A stretch of DNA of 64,000 bases from Azolla caroliniana (taxonomy: Eukaryota; Plantae; Polypodiophyta): contig JBHGNT010000001.1 of assembly GCA_043228905.1 (NCBI GenBank), forward strand, positions 32,736,001 to 32,800,000, in the 5' to 3' direction. This document shows positions 43,670 through 56,000 of this stretch, piece by piece; within the stretch, counting starts at the first letter, position 1; each line of letters begins with the position of its first letter. Under the pieces are notes generated by a model, which was not told the origin of the DNA, did no database searches, and worked only from the letters and a program-made list of their open reading frames with translations. The translations under genes and the position numbers were made by a program.

Positions 43670-45560
43670 CTCTTAGAATCACTTGCTCGCATCAATGTGG
43701 TATGTTGTGTCAACCTGGTTATTTTCACGTTCTATTATATTGAAATTACAACGCTTAGTTTGTAATTTTATTTGGGGTGCTTTGTTGGGATCAAGGGTTG
43801 TTGCAAAAGTTGCTTGGTTAGTTTTAATACGGCCAATAAGTGAAGGTGGATTGGGCTTAATAGATCCTATGCTCCAGAGTAAGGCCCCTCTTGCGAAGCA
43901 TGTTGTGAGAGGATTTATGTCTAGGAATGAGTTATGGAAAAAGTTATGGTTGTTATATCTTCGCAACATTAAGCCTACCATAGGAGGACAGTGGCAGGAT
44001 AGTTTTAGATGGTTGTTTAATTTTGAATTTCCAATTAAGGCTCAAAATGTTGGTTCTAGGAGATTTTTTACAGGTATTTTGAGGGCATGGAAGGACATTA
44101 GAGAGGCTCTCCTATTTCAATTGCCATCGAAATAAGCCTAATTTCTAAGGCAACCGTTGCTATGGAATCCTTTGTTTACTGATAGCTCCAGTCGTGTTTT
44201 AGGTATTAGGCCGTATTTATCGTGGGGGAAAATGAACTCAAGACTAGCTGCAAGTGTGGCTGATTGGGATTTGTTTCAATTTCTCTCGAATGAGGACAAA
44301 AAACAATTTTCGTCTTCATTACGTGGGGGATGTTTGATGTCCGTTCACATTCAGCAGGCTCTTCAAAATTGTCAAACGCAAATTAACTTACATAATAATT
44401 ATACATGGTACGGTCTTTTCTCTCCTTTGGGCATTTTAATAGGTGCCATGGCATACATTAACGAGAGTAGAATAAGATTTTATAACTTTGGGGATGTTGG
44501 TCTTTTATATTTAGTGGAAGAAGAAATTGAAGTTATGCAACTAACCTCCCGAAAACCCATTAGGGTCATTGCTAGGTTAGACAAGAAGATTTTCCTAGAT
44601 CCTAACCCTTTTTTGACAGACCATGCATGAAAATTGTGGGCATTTCAAAGTAAGCCAGTGGAACACCTTAATTGGGACCCGACTGATTATGCACGACGGT
44701 TGGTTGGAAGGTCCTCGGCAAATGAACAAGAAAGTAGGACTCTTCCCTTTTTCCATTATTCTATGGCCTATGGCAGACGCTTCTTGTTGCAATGGCATTG
44801 CGTATGTCCTACAACACAAAAGTATTGGGAGTCAGGTGCAATATCACCTCAATATTTGACGGCTTATTGGAAAAGCTTATGGGCTCTACCATGTCAATAG
44901 AGAGCCATTTCTTTTAAGTGGTTATTACTTCATTATGCTTTACATGTGGGTTTTCATCTAAAAGGACAGGTTGATGATTGTCACTGTGTTTGTTGCGAAT
45001 TACAGGAGGAGACTTTGAAAATTTTGTTTTTGATTTGTATTGCAACTCGAAAACATTGGGGAAGAATATTGAGGATGTTTTGTTGTAAATATACATGAGT
45101 GATTTTTAAATGGGGAGCTGTTTTTTGAGGGGTCTTTGGATGTGCAAATATCCATGTACGAAGGGGAGCAATGTGCGGAGGCATTGCGTGTATCGGAGAA
45201 TAGAATTGAAGCAGTTTTCTCAAACATTCTGAGTGGTAAATATTTTAAAAAGTCTTTTGTTTAGAATATTGTTTCGATTAATGCTTTATGGGTTCGGTGG
45301 AAGTGTCGGTGCAACAAGAAATATGAAGGTATCAAGTATAATGTAGTGGATATGATAAATATGTTCTAGGACAAGTTAATACACACAGTTAGGGGAGAGT
45401 ATGATAATATTAAAGGAACAACAGAAAAGGTGCTTAAGAAAATAAGGAAAATTCGTCAAATATGGTGGCCAATATCTCTATGGCGCTGGATGGGACACAT
45501 GAAAATCGTTGGAATTATGTGTCCCCACGATGGTTGTTTCCTCCGCTTATTTCATTCTTA
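43670..45560 (+). mobile_element. Degenerate L1-like LINE ORF2 3' half (post-RT region, zf-RVT, C-terminus)
   Basis: LQRLVCNFIWG...KVAWLVLIRPISEGGLGLID, PLLWNPLF, YWKSLWALP, LWVRWKCRC and a terminal WNYVSPRWLFPP, with several stops and frameshifts. Confidence 0.88.
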
Positions 45561-45749
45561 AGTTGGGATGGAATATACTTCCTTCACATAAGAACATAAC
45601 GTTTTGAAATGTTTCAATGTGTAGTTGATGGAATACAAGCCTGTATCATTGTTGGGCAGTTATCCTAGATAAAGGTTGATGGTGGATGAAGTATTTCTTA
45701 GTACTAGAGACTGAATAGTGAGGTAGACTTGAACAGTAAAAAATATAAA

Positions 45750-47000
45750 ATTGTTTGAGAAGGATGTTGATATGTTGATGATCATCGGCGATAGCGAGAT
45801 GGTTTATGTGGATGTGAGGAAGCTCATTTTCTGTTTTTTTGTCAGGCCGAGTGATGATGTTATGGGGGCTGAAGCAGATATCATGAGAAGGCGAGGAACT
45901 TTTTAGACTCATTTTTTGTTGTCTGTACAAGATGTTAGTGGTAATCGACGAGATGTTAATGTGGATTGAATGTAGAAGATTTTATGTTTCTCATTAGGAT
46001 GAGTGATGATGACGATAGGGATTGATGCATATTGCCATGATGAGAGGATGAGTGATGATGGTGTGGAGGCCGAAGCAGATCATGAGGGGATGAGGAAACA
46101 TTCTAGACTCATTTTGTTGTTATTTGTATAGGAACTTGATGGTAATTGTCACGAACGGGTGGAATGAGGCTAAGTACTAAGAGAGAGCGAGAGCATAAGC
46201 GAGATTAGAAGATTGTCAAGGACAAGTAGACAACACTCAATATTAAGAGATAGCTGGAGAGAGAGCATAGACAAGAGAACAAGCAAGAGAGAGGATAGAC
46301 AAATAAACTAGAATTGTACATGCTTTCGTAACAGGTGTTGTTCACCTTGATTGTAATCAAGGTGCACCCCAGTATTTATACAAGAATGTGGAGGTATGCA
46401 TGAAAGCTAGAAGACTTCTAGAGAGTGCATGAAGATGCATTCTCTAGAAGGTTCTTGAAAGTTCTAGTGATCAATCTATAATGAAATAAGCTGAGTCTTA
46501 CACAATACAATAATGCATAGATGGATGTAGCTCAATTGGTAAGGTTGCTCAATAAGACCAGAAGGTCATGGATGTAGACAGTAATCAACGAGATGGTTGA
46601 TGCAGACTGAATGAAGAATTTTTTTTGTGTGATAAGGATGAGTGAAGATGGTGGGGGGATCAAAGCCGACTATCATGAGTAGGTGAGAAAACTTTTAGAC
46701 TCATTTTTTGTTGTCAGTACAAGATGTTGGTGGGCATCGTCGAGATGTCAACATGGTCAACGAGATCGAGATGTTGATGTGGATTGAATGAAGAAGATTT
46801 TAAGTTTCTCATTACTAGGATTAGTGATGATGGTGTGGCGGTAGGGATTGAAGCGTAGTAACATGACGAGAGGATGAGGGGATGTGGAAATAGTCTAGAC
46901 TCATTTTGTTGTTATTTGTACAGGAACTTGGCGCTAATCGGCGAGATGGTTGATGTGGACCAAAGGATGAGTGAAGATGGTGTGGGGGTCAAATCATATT
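45750..47000. repeat. Degenerate tandem satellite of roughly 150-200-bp units, interrupted by a solo LTR
   Basis: GAGTGATGATG...TAGACTCATTTT(T)GTTG...TGTACAAG...CGAGATG.T..ATG.GGA recurs at least four times. Confidence 0.75.
46147..46580 (-). mobile_element. Solo LTR (434 bp) with a 5-bp TSD
   Basis: Ends are TGTC...GACA, flanked by GTAAT at 46142-46146 and 46581-46585. TATAAATAC lies on the minus strand near 46372-46380. Removing the element restores a satellite unit (GGTAAT|CAACGAGATG). Confidence 0.8.
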
Positions 47001-48099
47001 TTCTAGAGGTGATGAGGTTACTATATCATTGTGTTGGTATAGGTACATGATTTGGGTGATAACCGTCGACATGGCTGATGCTATAAGGACGACTTTCCTT
47101 GGGGAAGCCGTCCTTATAGATGGAAGAAAAATAAATAAATAAAGCTATTTAGTTTAATTTTGTGGTAGAGATGGATAATGTTAATGGAGGACGGAGCATT
47201 TCTAGGGAGTGACAAGGAGGATTGATTATTTGTTTATTTAATTTTCAAATTTGGGGAGTGCTTTCCGATTTTTGTTGTTGTAGATGAGTAGAGAAAAACT
47301 GTGAAAATATATATATCACTTTGGTAGCAGGCTCTACATGTTGCTGTCATTGGCATACATTTTTCAACACCAACATTTTGGAATTCATCGGCAAAGTTTT
47401 GTTTAGATTGTAGGTGTTGTCCGTGGGCCAAAATAGTAACATATGAGAATCACAACAGGAGTTAGGTAGTAGTAGGTAAACAACTGAAAGCAATCAGAAG
47501 CAGCAAAAATAAACACAACCAAAAACGTGGAAGGAGAAGGAGTGTGCCAAGGAACATCTATATAAGGAGCAATAGATCGAAGGAAGAAAGGGGGAGACAT
47601 ATAGGAGAGAAGTCTGAGGTTACTACGTAATTAATTAATCCTACTACAGTGTATCTTATACATTCCGGCATATAGCTATGTAACTGTAATTATTACTCAC
47701 TCCGTAATCTAAACAATGTTGGGTCTATTTTGTGTCATTGTTCGCTTTCAATAATTGTTAACCTATCTCTCCCTATCATGTAGGCATAGCCCGAGGATCC
47801 TCTTACGTAATCTGTAGGGTGTCATCCTGTTTCGTAAAATTGATCTGACCACCACGTACCACAGTCCTTTGGTCCGATTCCGGTTAGGAATCGAAGGTGT
47901 CGCCTTCGGAGAGGAAGGCAACAGTAGGGAGTTCTAAAGGTGGCTGATTTTGTATGCATGTTAGAGAGATGTAACCTGTTTTTGTGAACCTTGGAAGTAG
48001 GGTTGAGGCGTGCTTTGGAGAAGATGGCTAATCAAAATGAGCAGTCATCCATTGTCCTTAGCAAGCATTATGTGAGATGGAGAATGCCATATGATGCTA

Positions 48100-48500
48100 T
48101 CAAACTACATCAAAATAGAAGGAATGTTGAGCAATATATGGTACAACACATATTTTTGTGGCCCTTATCAAAGCTTGTTTGCAACTTGAGGGAGTGTCTC
48201 CGGATACGATAATAGTTTCTTTGGATTTCAAGTTTGCAATCGCATAGACTCCCGTGATAAAGGCCAAAAATCCATATTCAGCTTGTAAAAAGAGGGGTTT
48301 TTTGAACCCAGTTTTGTTGGTGGTAATTCCTTGCTTGATATGGATGTTAAATGTGGCTGGATTGTTGAAGCTACATGAGTGTTCAATAGTTTTCTTGTTA
48401 AACATGTTGCAATATTCTTTGTAATAGTGGATTGTTTTGTATATTGCCTTTGGCCACTTTAAGTTTAATACCAATGGAGGATATTTTTTATCGAAAAATA
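48100..48500 (-). mobile_element. Retroelement-like coding remnant with an RNase H-like motif
   Basis: LQAEYGFLAFITGVYAIANLKSKETIIVSGDT resembles the AEY...IIVxGDS core of RVT_3-type RNase H. A paralogous fragment lies at 40658-40745. Confidence 0.35.
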
Positions 48501-50675
48501 ATAATAAATAAATCACTAAAGCCACCATGGGACAATTTTCTAAATGAATTGTTGTAGAGATAGGGTTTGGTATATTGGCTATGTTTGTCAATACTTATCC
48601 ATCTATAACATATTTTAAACCCTCTAAGATGTAGAACTATTTAACTTTCTATACTTTGCATGTAGCCTCTTACGTATTCAGACCCCTCTCAATATCGTAT
48701 ACCGAATTTACTTTCCATACTTCACAACTTGTATGTCGCATCTTTACATCATTATTGGAAAGCATACATGTTTTTTTTTCCAAAAAAAAAACACTACTTC
48801 GCATTAGTTTAGCAAGAAAGCATACATGTTTTATCAAATAATGAGAAGAAATTAGTTTGGAAATATTTCTCAAACGCAACTATGCCACATCATGATACAC
48901 ATTCAATTGTCATGGAAGAGCTTCAACTTGAACTTGGGTAAAAACAAAGACAATCATGATCGCCATGAAGTGGGTTGTGATAGATTACGAATTTTCCTGC
49001 AAGAGGTGTACAAAACTAATCAAGCAACGATATATTAGTATTGCAAAAAAAACTTCGTTTAATGGGGAATCTGATTAAGTATCATGAAAAAGTGTATGCA
49101 TACCATCTATTTATCATATAGTTTAAGCGAATTATATTGTTGGACTCATATGCCGTATTTATTTTGAATTACATGTCCCTTCGGTTGACGTGCTAATGGT
49201 AGCACTCGAGCGTAAGATAAACCTAAGTAGTCACTCATTTTTTACCATAGTTGTGACCACCATTGAATACCTCTTTGACAATCAACAAGGTAACACATCA
49301 CAACCACAATGTACCACCCATACCACCCATCATGTGGTGGACAAGAATAACACATCACTCAACCACATTGACTCCATTTTGACAACCAAAACCGATTAAT
49401 TATGTGAATGTTTCTTTAAACGACGAGGCTTTGAGTTGACCTTTGTAACAATTGATGGTTCATTAAGGTTGATTATGTGATAACTAATTGGAACATAATG
49501 CATTGCATTTACTTGTGGTAATTTAATTTTGTTTGTGAATTGTGGCTTACAATATCTCGAGGTAGGTTGTGACTTTTAAAATCATTCACATGGAAGAGTT
49601 CCATCATCATTTGGCAATGGTGCACCATAGAGGTAAAAAGGTTCCCTTTTAAAAGAGATTCATGTTGTCCTATGCGTGTAATGTCTTGTTTACTGATTAT
49701 TTTGTGTCATCTTTTCTATTAACCATCTTATAGCATATTTTGTACATATTATGAGCACTACCTCTCAAAGGAACAATCTAATGTTTCCAGCAAAGCCTAG
49801 TTTGAAAAGTTGTTGTAGAACCTATATGATATAGAATGAAAACTAGTGTGTCACTTATATTATTATTAAAACTAGCAAGACATTTTCTTTTCCTAGGAAT
49901 AGTTGAGTTGGTGTAAGAAGCGGCGGTAAGTACATCATATTGCACTACCTACATAATGGATCGTTATATAAATAGTTGGCGAACACTTTCTTATGTAATA
50001 ACTTCAACCATTTACTTGGAATTAAAGCTAGAGTGAACAATGAGATCAACTACAATCTAGTGAACTTTAGTAAGGACTTTTAAAGGCATATACATCAAGT
50101 TTGGAACAATTCACAATATGCTAACCTCCTCAAACTAGAGAAAGAGAGATACAATTTTAGATCAACTTGAAACTAAAAGTAAAATTCATTCTTGGTCTTT
50201 TCAATGAAAAGATAAACTTGTAAAGGCTTTTTGCAACTTGACATTGTAAACAGAGAAAACTTTGAGGTTTCCAAAACGATTATCCCCTTCTGAACATGAT
50301 GAGGCACTTTGCTTCAATACTTATTTTCTTGTTCGGAAGGTAATGAACCACTTGGTACTCCTCGTAAATAAGATGCTACGTGCATGCTACATTGGATGTG
50401 TAAGTGAGATAAAAATAAGATTTAAATGCATTGAGGCAAACCATTTATTATTATGCATATAATTTTGAAATCCCTTTGGTACACATAGTAAATAACGAAG
50501 AGTGGAGTATAAATGAAAGAGAAAGAAGAGAAACAAACATTGCAACATGGTTGGAAAGAGAGAGCATATATAATAAGAGGATATGAGGCAGAGATAAAAT
50601 GAGGGGGTGGGCATTCAGATAAGGAGAGAGATGAGTTCATTAATAGGTAGGTAATGAGTGCATGAATAAGATAAA

Positions 50676-50988
50676 GGGAAAAGTACCAAGATACCCTTGG
50701 AAGTTCGTCTATTTACCAGAATGCCCCTGGAAGTTCCAAATTTACCAAACTACCCCTATGTCCAAAAAATTACACTTTATAAAGTAATTATACACTCAAA
50801 TCTACAAGCCCTATTTACCAAAGATGGAAGAAATGGACCCAAACTAGCCCTATTTACCAAAGATTTGAGTGTATAATTACTTTATAAAGTATAATTTTTT
50901 GGACATAGGGGTAGTTTGGTAAATTTGGAACTTCCAGGGGCATTCTGGTAAATAGACGAACTTCCAGGGGTATCCTGGTACTTTTCCC
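50676..50988. mobile_element. Mutator-like MITE, 313 bp, with ~127-bp terminal inverted repeats and a 9-bp TSD
   Basis: Termini GGGAAAAGTACCA...TGGTACTTTTCCC. Long near-perfect TIRs. TAAGATAAA at 50667-50675 and 50989-50997. Confidence 0.93.
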
Positions 50989-51386
50989 TAAGATAAATGG
51001 CGTTGATTAGTGAATCTTGATGTTCCAAGAATTTTACTAATGAATGTTACATTTGAGAGTGCACATAGTGACCGAAAGAAATATGTGGGTAGGGGTAAGC
51101 TTTTTGTTGTTGAAAACATGGGGAAACCAAACTCAATAGCATTAAAAGAGGAAAAAGGAAGAAAAAACATGAGTTGTATCCAGCATACCGAACCTCCTAT
51201 CTTCTCTAGAAATGAGAGATTGATGCTTCGACATGCACAGTTGTGTCTTTCAACTAGATAAATTGTAAGTTGAAGAAGAATCCCCATTCCAAAATGTAAT
51301 CGTTGCTCGATCATCTTAATAGAGTTCAAACGATGGAGCGCAAAGAGATGGGACATCCATAATGACATTACAAGAAACAAAATGTG

Positions 51387-51890
51387 TTTTTTTTTTAAAG
51401 AAAGATGTGCCTTAGTATATTACTTGAGAACTCTACATAGAGAAAACAAAATGAGACATTTCTTCTCACTTCTATTGTAAGATACAAAAGCTAGTATAAG
51501 CATCTGATCAAACAGATGATGTCATGTATGAAACAAGTAGAACAATACTATCAGCTATGCAATATAAAAGAAGGTATGGAATAATTCCACTTTAGACCAG
51601 CAGTTGTATTTGAAAATAAGTGAATTCCTTGGCATCGGTTCTTAAAGGCCACTTACAGTTGCCATAGAACATCATATGAACCCTGTGGATCATCATATTG
51701 ACCACGTAGTGTGCGGACAAATAACATCTAGGATTCAATAAGCATAGTGTTGAGATGTATGTGAACATTGTTAAAAATCTCATTTCCTTCTTCTATTCGA
51801 TGGTTTAGAATTAAAATTTTGGTTATTTGGCGTACTATTACGTCGTTGGCTCTTTGGATAATATGGAAAGCGAGATGTGATTCTGTTTTT
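51387..51890 (-). mobile_element. 5'-truncated LINE with an inverted 5' segment and an 11-bp TSD
   Basis: Poly-T at 51387. The segment 51387-~51777 is the reverse complement of the family 3' end, while ~51778-51890 is in the opposite orientation. AACAAAATGTG at 51376-51386 and 51891-51901. Confidence 0.88.
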
Positions 51891-52449
51891 AACAAAATGT
51901 GCTTCTTATTTGCAATTATAATGGAATCAAAATATAATAGATAGATTGGAGTTACTAATAAACAAATCCATGACGAGTTTCTATATGAGGAATGTTGCTC
52001 GAAAAAACCATGTACTTCTCTTGAGCTAGGGAAGAAAACTCATTTCCAATAATGACCTGAAACGAAAAAAAGGTTGGCTTGTTCCCTTCTCTAAGGTACA
52101 AGCTTAATTTTACGAGAATAAACTTGTTACACCAATTGTTTGTTTGTGCATTGAAGATGATTGTTGTACATTGGTTGTAGCTTCGGCTCACATATCCATG
52201 TCCAAGTGTTTTGAAGACTCCCAATGAAACAGAGCATACATATTGATATTTATGGACGCATGCTCATGCATATCTTTTTTTTGGGTACAAGTCTTATGAA
52301 AGATACGATCCGTACAACGAAGATAAACGTTTTTCCCAGACTCTAAAATCTAAGCCCCCTCCTCTTATTTTCTTTCGGTCCGTTTTTCTCTAGCATTCGT
52401 GTTTGAGAATCGGTACCGAAACAAATAAGCGAAAGCACGAAGACAACCA

Positions 52450-52512
52450 TATACATATACACTCATACATACATACATACCTACATACATACATACATAC
52501 ATATATACACAC
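52450..52512. repeat. (TACA)n microsatellite
   Basis: Directly visible. Confidence 0.85.
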
Positions 52513-53040
52513 TCATTCCTCCTCTCTTTCCCTCTCCATATCATCAGTACTAGCAGCAAAACCCTACCCTAAAAACATCACACTCCCATAGAAAAGCCAT
52601 ATATATGTATGCATACTTCTTCTCTCTCTCTTTAAAGTCCCTGTTTTACTAAGAAAGGCCTTGATTCCAACCCCCCCCATACATCTATCTATCTCCTCCT
52701 CCACCTCTTGAAGTTTCAAGTATGTATATATCAATATGTCCACTACCAAACTAACCACCACAAATCCTCTCTCTCTCTTTTTTTACTAAAATCACTGTCA
52801 AAAACAAAACCCTAATCCCTGGCAAACAAAAAATAAAACCTTTGGGTCTGCTCCTCCTCCTCCTCCTCCTCCTCCTAAAATCCTAAATCTCTAATCAATT
52901 TTTGAGCTACACGCTAGTAGTAAGTCTCTACCAGAAAAAAAAGAGGGGATAAAAACCATAGAACCTCTTCCAATTTGGCTCTCAGCAGCTGTAATTAGTT
53001 GTCTCAGTCTCTTCCAAAATTAGAGGAAAAGAAATCATCA

Positions 53041-53511
53041 ATGATAATGTTGGGTTCTCAAAAGTCCTCTGGATCCTCCTCATCTCCATCTCCATCTCCA
53101 TCTCCATCTGCATGTCCATGTCCATGTCCATGTCCATCCATTCTTCTTTCATCCCCACCCCCTCCACCTCTGTCAGTCCATGACCTTCTAGACCACACAT
53201 GGCACTATGAGTGTGTTGTGAGCCCAACCTATTCCTCCAATCCTACCAGCCCTGCACCCATCACCATTAACACCATCCCCTCTGAATATGTTAGCCTCTC
53301 CTCCTTCCTCCACCCTACTACTACTACTTCTACTACTACTTCTGCCACAATTACTGCTACTGACCACCACACCACACCTTCTACCACTTCCTCCTCCAAT
53401 TGTAGAGATGGAGATCGACTGAGAAAAGGCAAGATGCATCCCACCTATGCTTCTTCTTCTAGTTCTAGGGCTACCTTCATCTCCCCCTTCCTAGCTTTGG
53501 ATTACTACTAA
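53041..53511 (+). CDS. Hypothetical intronless Ser/Pro/Thr-rich protein (about 156 aa)
   Basis: Open frame from ATG at 53041, higher GC than its flanks, with a gene-like CT-rich leader containing AAACCCTA telo-boxes. No recognisable domain, and much of it is simple-repeat encoded. Confidence 0.45.
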   Translation: MIMLGSQKSSGSSSSPSPSPSPSACPCPCPCPSILLSSPPPPPLSVHDLLDHTWHYECVVSPTYSSNPTSPAPITINTIPSEYVSLSSFLHPTTTTSTTTSATITATDHHTTPSTTSSSNCRDGDRLRKGKMHPTYASSSSSRATFISPFLALDYY

Positions 53512-54149
53512 TCCACATAATGCAACTCCATATATCCTTTTCTTAGTTCTTTCCTTTAAAAGGTTGGTTTTGGTGATTTGCCTAATGGAGTTTTTGTGGG
53601 TCTCTTTCTCTCTCTCTCTCTCTCCCTCCATGATCCATCCATAGGTGTGCCATACCCACCTACATATGCATACACACATACATTATTATTATTATTATGT
53701 ATGTGAAATCATTCAAGTCATGTTTACAACCACCCATTTTGGATGGGTGAACATACTTAACACATACACATACTCATACTTTTCATGCTTCCAACCATGC
53801 CTAGCCTCTCAGTATGCATCGGTCATGATTACTTGATTACTTGTGATGTCAATTGGGGCAGAATTTCTGAATTCCCCCCCCCCTCTGTTTCTAATGCGGT
53901 GAATGGAATTGATGTATTCTTTCTTTAATTCTAACTCTTCTCTCTTCATCCGTTTTCGTTTATATGGATGCTAATGTGATTCGATTCATGCCCCTCTCTA
54001 TATGGTATATGGCTCACTCTGTTTTCTGCAGCTATATATGCCTTACTCTGTTTTTTTTTTCCAGGAACCACCTTTTTTGGGGCTCTTTCTTCTTATTATT
54101 TCTTAACATGATAATATGAGGAAGATTATGTGTTTGGTCACTACATTGG

Positions 54150-56000
54150 TGGGCAATCTTCAGGAGACCTTTGTAGTGATGTCCTCTTCTGCATGGGATC
54201 TGGCAAAGTTTTCAAAATCTCAGTTGATCTCATTGATTTACAAACATACTGATTTGTATGACATATATGGCTTATCTTTTGCAATCTGAAACAATAATGT
54301 GGCTCTAATTTGTGTGAAGAACAATTTGATAGTGAGAAGATTATGTTCATTGGATGCCATGTTTTCACATTCGCCAATGTCCCTCGGAACTTGTGAGCGC
54401 AGTCTCGTCTTGGACACTACCATACCATGGTAGTGATTTACATTGTTTGTTCGAAACTTTGTACTGTTTTACAACCCCTTTGCAAGCTCAAAAAGCTGGC
54501 CATGATAGGGTTCCAACCCGAATGACCAACCTTGTTGCGCCATTTGACTACATCCTCTAAGGTTGTTATTATTCGGGGAGCTAGGTAGTTTGTGTTGCAA
54601 GCTGGAAGGTTACAACCCATATTGGATTTGATCTAGTGTACCGATCCAACCATTGGTAGATGTCTCAAAGGATTTGTTTGTGGCAACTCAGGCCATGCCA
54701 TTTGAGATTTCCTTCTCTTCCCTCGAATTGCCTTACCCCTAAGAGCTACTAACAAGATAGTTCCTACGGGGTATGTTACTAGTTCAAAATTCAATGTTCT
54801 CCAAGTGAATCTTCCTACATTGTTTTGCATGTGCTTTGGACATATATCGGCAAGATGATACCTTACTTTCTACCAAATGCTCTTCAAGACCAAGATATCT
54901 TTATTTCATTGCAATTTGGGTGCCATCAACATCCTAAATCTTTGATTCATTACAAACTTGATGTCGTGAAGATCATATCGTTACACCTTTTGCATGAAGA
55001 TTGTGAGTTCATCGTTGCTCCACGTGCCTTTAAAGATATCTAATATTTGGCTATGCTATGTTGCTAGAGAATCTATTTGACATGGAAATGGATGTCATTG
55101 TGTTATAAATGACATGTGTATGAACAATATTTACCAAGACATGATGTGCCAAATGATAGGATGTAAATGGCCTAACACTTAATCATTAGTGCAAATTGAT
55201 ATTGCTTGGTTTAATAGTAGGCTAGAAAATAAAAGCATTGTATCACAAGAGAAAGTGAGATGAAATGTCTCCTTTTGTGTTTTCTCTATGTACAGTTTTC
55301 AAGTAATATACTAAGGTGCATGTTTCTTTAAAAAAATAAAAATAGAACAATTTCTCAAGCTAAAAATTTGTTAATGGCTACCAAGAATACAAAACTTCAA
55401 GGTGATATTTTTAGGAGGGCCTTGATTTCAAATTCATTATTATTGTTGGGAAATGTTGTAGCTATGGGCGATTTGATGATCAATGACCCTACCATATTCT
55501 TGTGGAAGGATTAATGTTGCTATTGACCTCGTCAAGTTCTTGTGATACATGATTATTACTAGAGGGTCTCTTGATGTTTAATTTAGCTAGTCAAGGCTTT
55601 GGGCTTAGTATCACGATGAGGCCTTGACTTCACTTGTGAGGGGACACCTAATGTGTTGGTGTTCATATGCTGATGGACATGCACAATAATGACTTTCCAA
55701 CAATGGCCTACCTACAAGTGCAATATCCAATGCAATACTTCAAATAATTAAGGTTAAGGAGCTTGATAATCTGGATTGCAAACTTGTGCTAGTGAAAATG
55801 ATCAAAGACTGTCAAAGCCACACAATTATTCATTAGGTGTGATGCTAATGAGGGTTACAATGTTGCCCATGAGAAGATGAGTGAGACACAACTATTGGAT
55901 TGTCCTGAACCTTCTTTGAGTTTTCCTAAAGCATGGATTGTTGGTTGTGCTATTATTTTATTTGTAATGTCTCAAAGTATAAGTCTATTACAAATTACTA
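54150..56000 (-). mobile_element. Old, heavily decayed LINE reverse-transcriptase region
   Basis: Minus-strand remnants resemble KAxD (about 55595), xQGxP (about 55415), PLRHL (about 54660) and W..I....LQxG (about 54500) in RT order. Confidence 0.4.
55243..55342 (+). mobile_element. Approximately 100-bp LINE 3'-tail fragment
   Basis: Matches 43455-43540 (AAGTGAGATGAAATGTCTCC...AATATACTAAGGTG...TTTAAAAAAATAAA). Confidence 0.75.
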
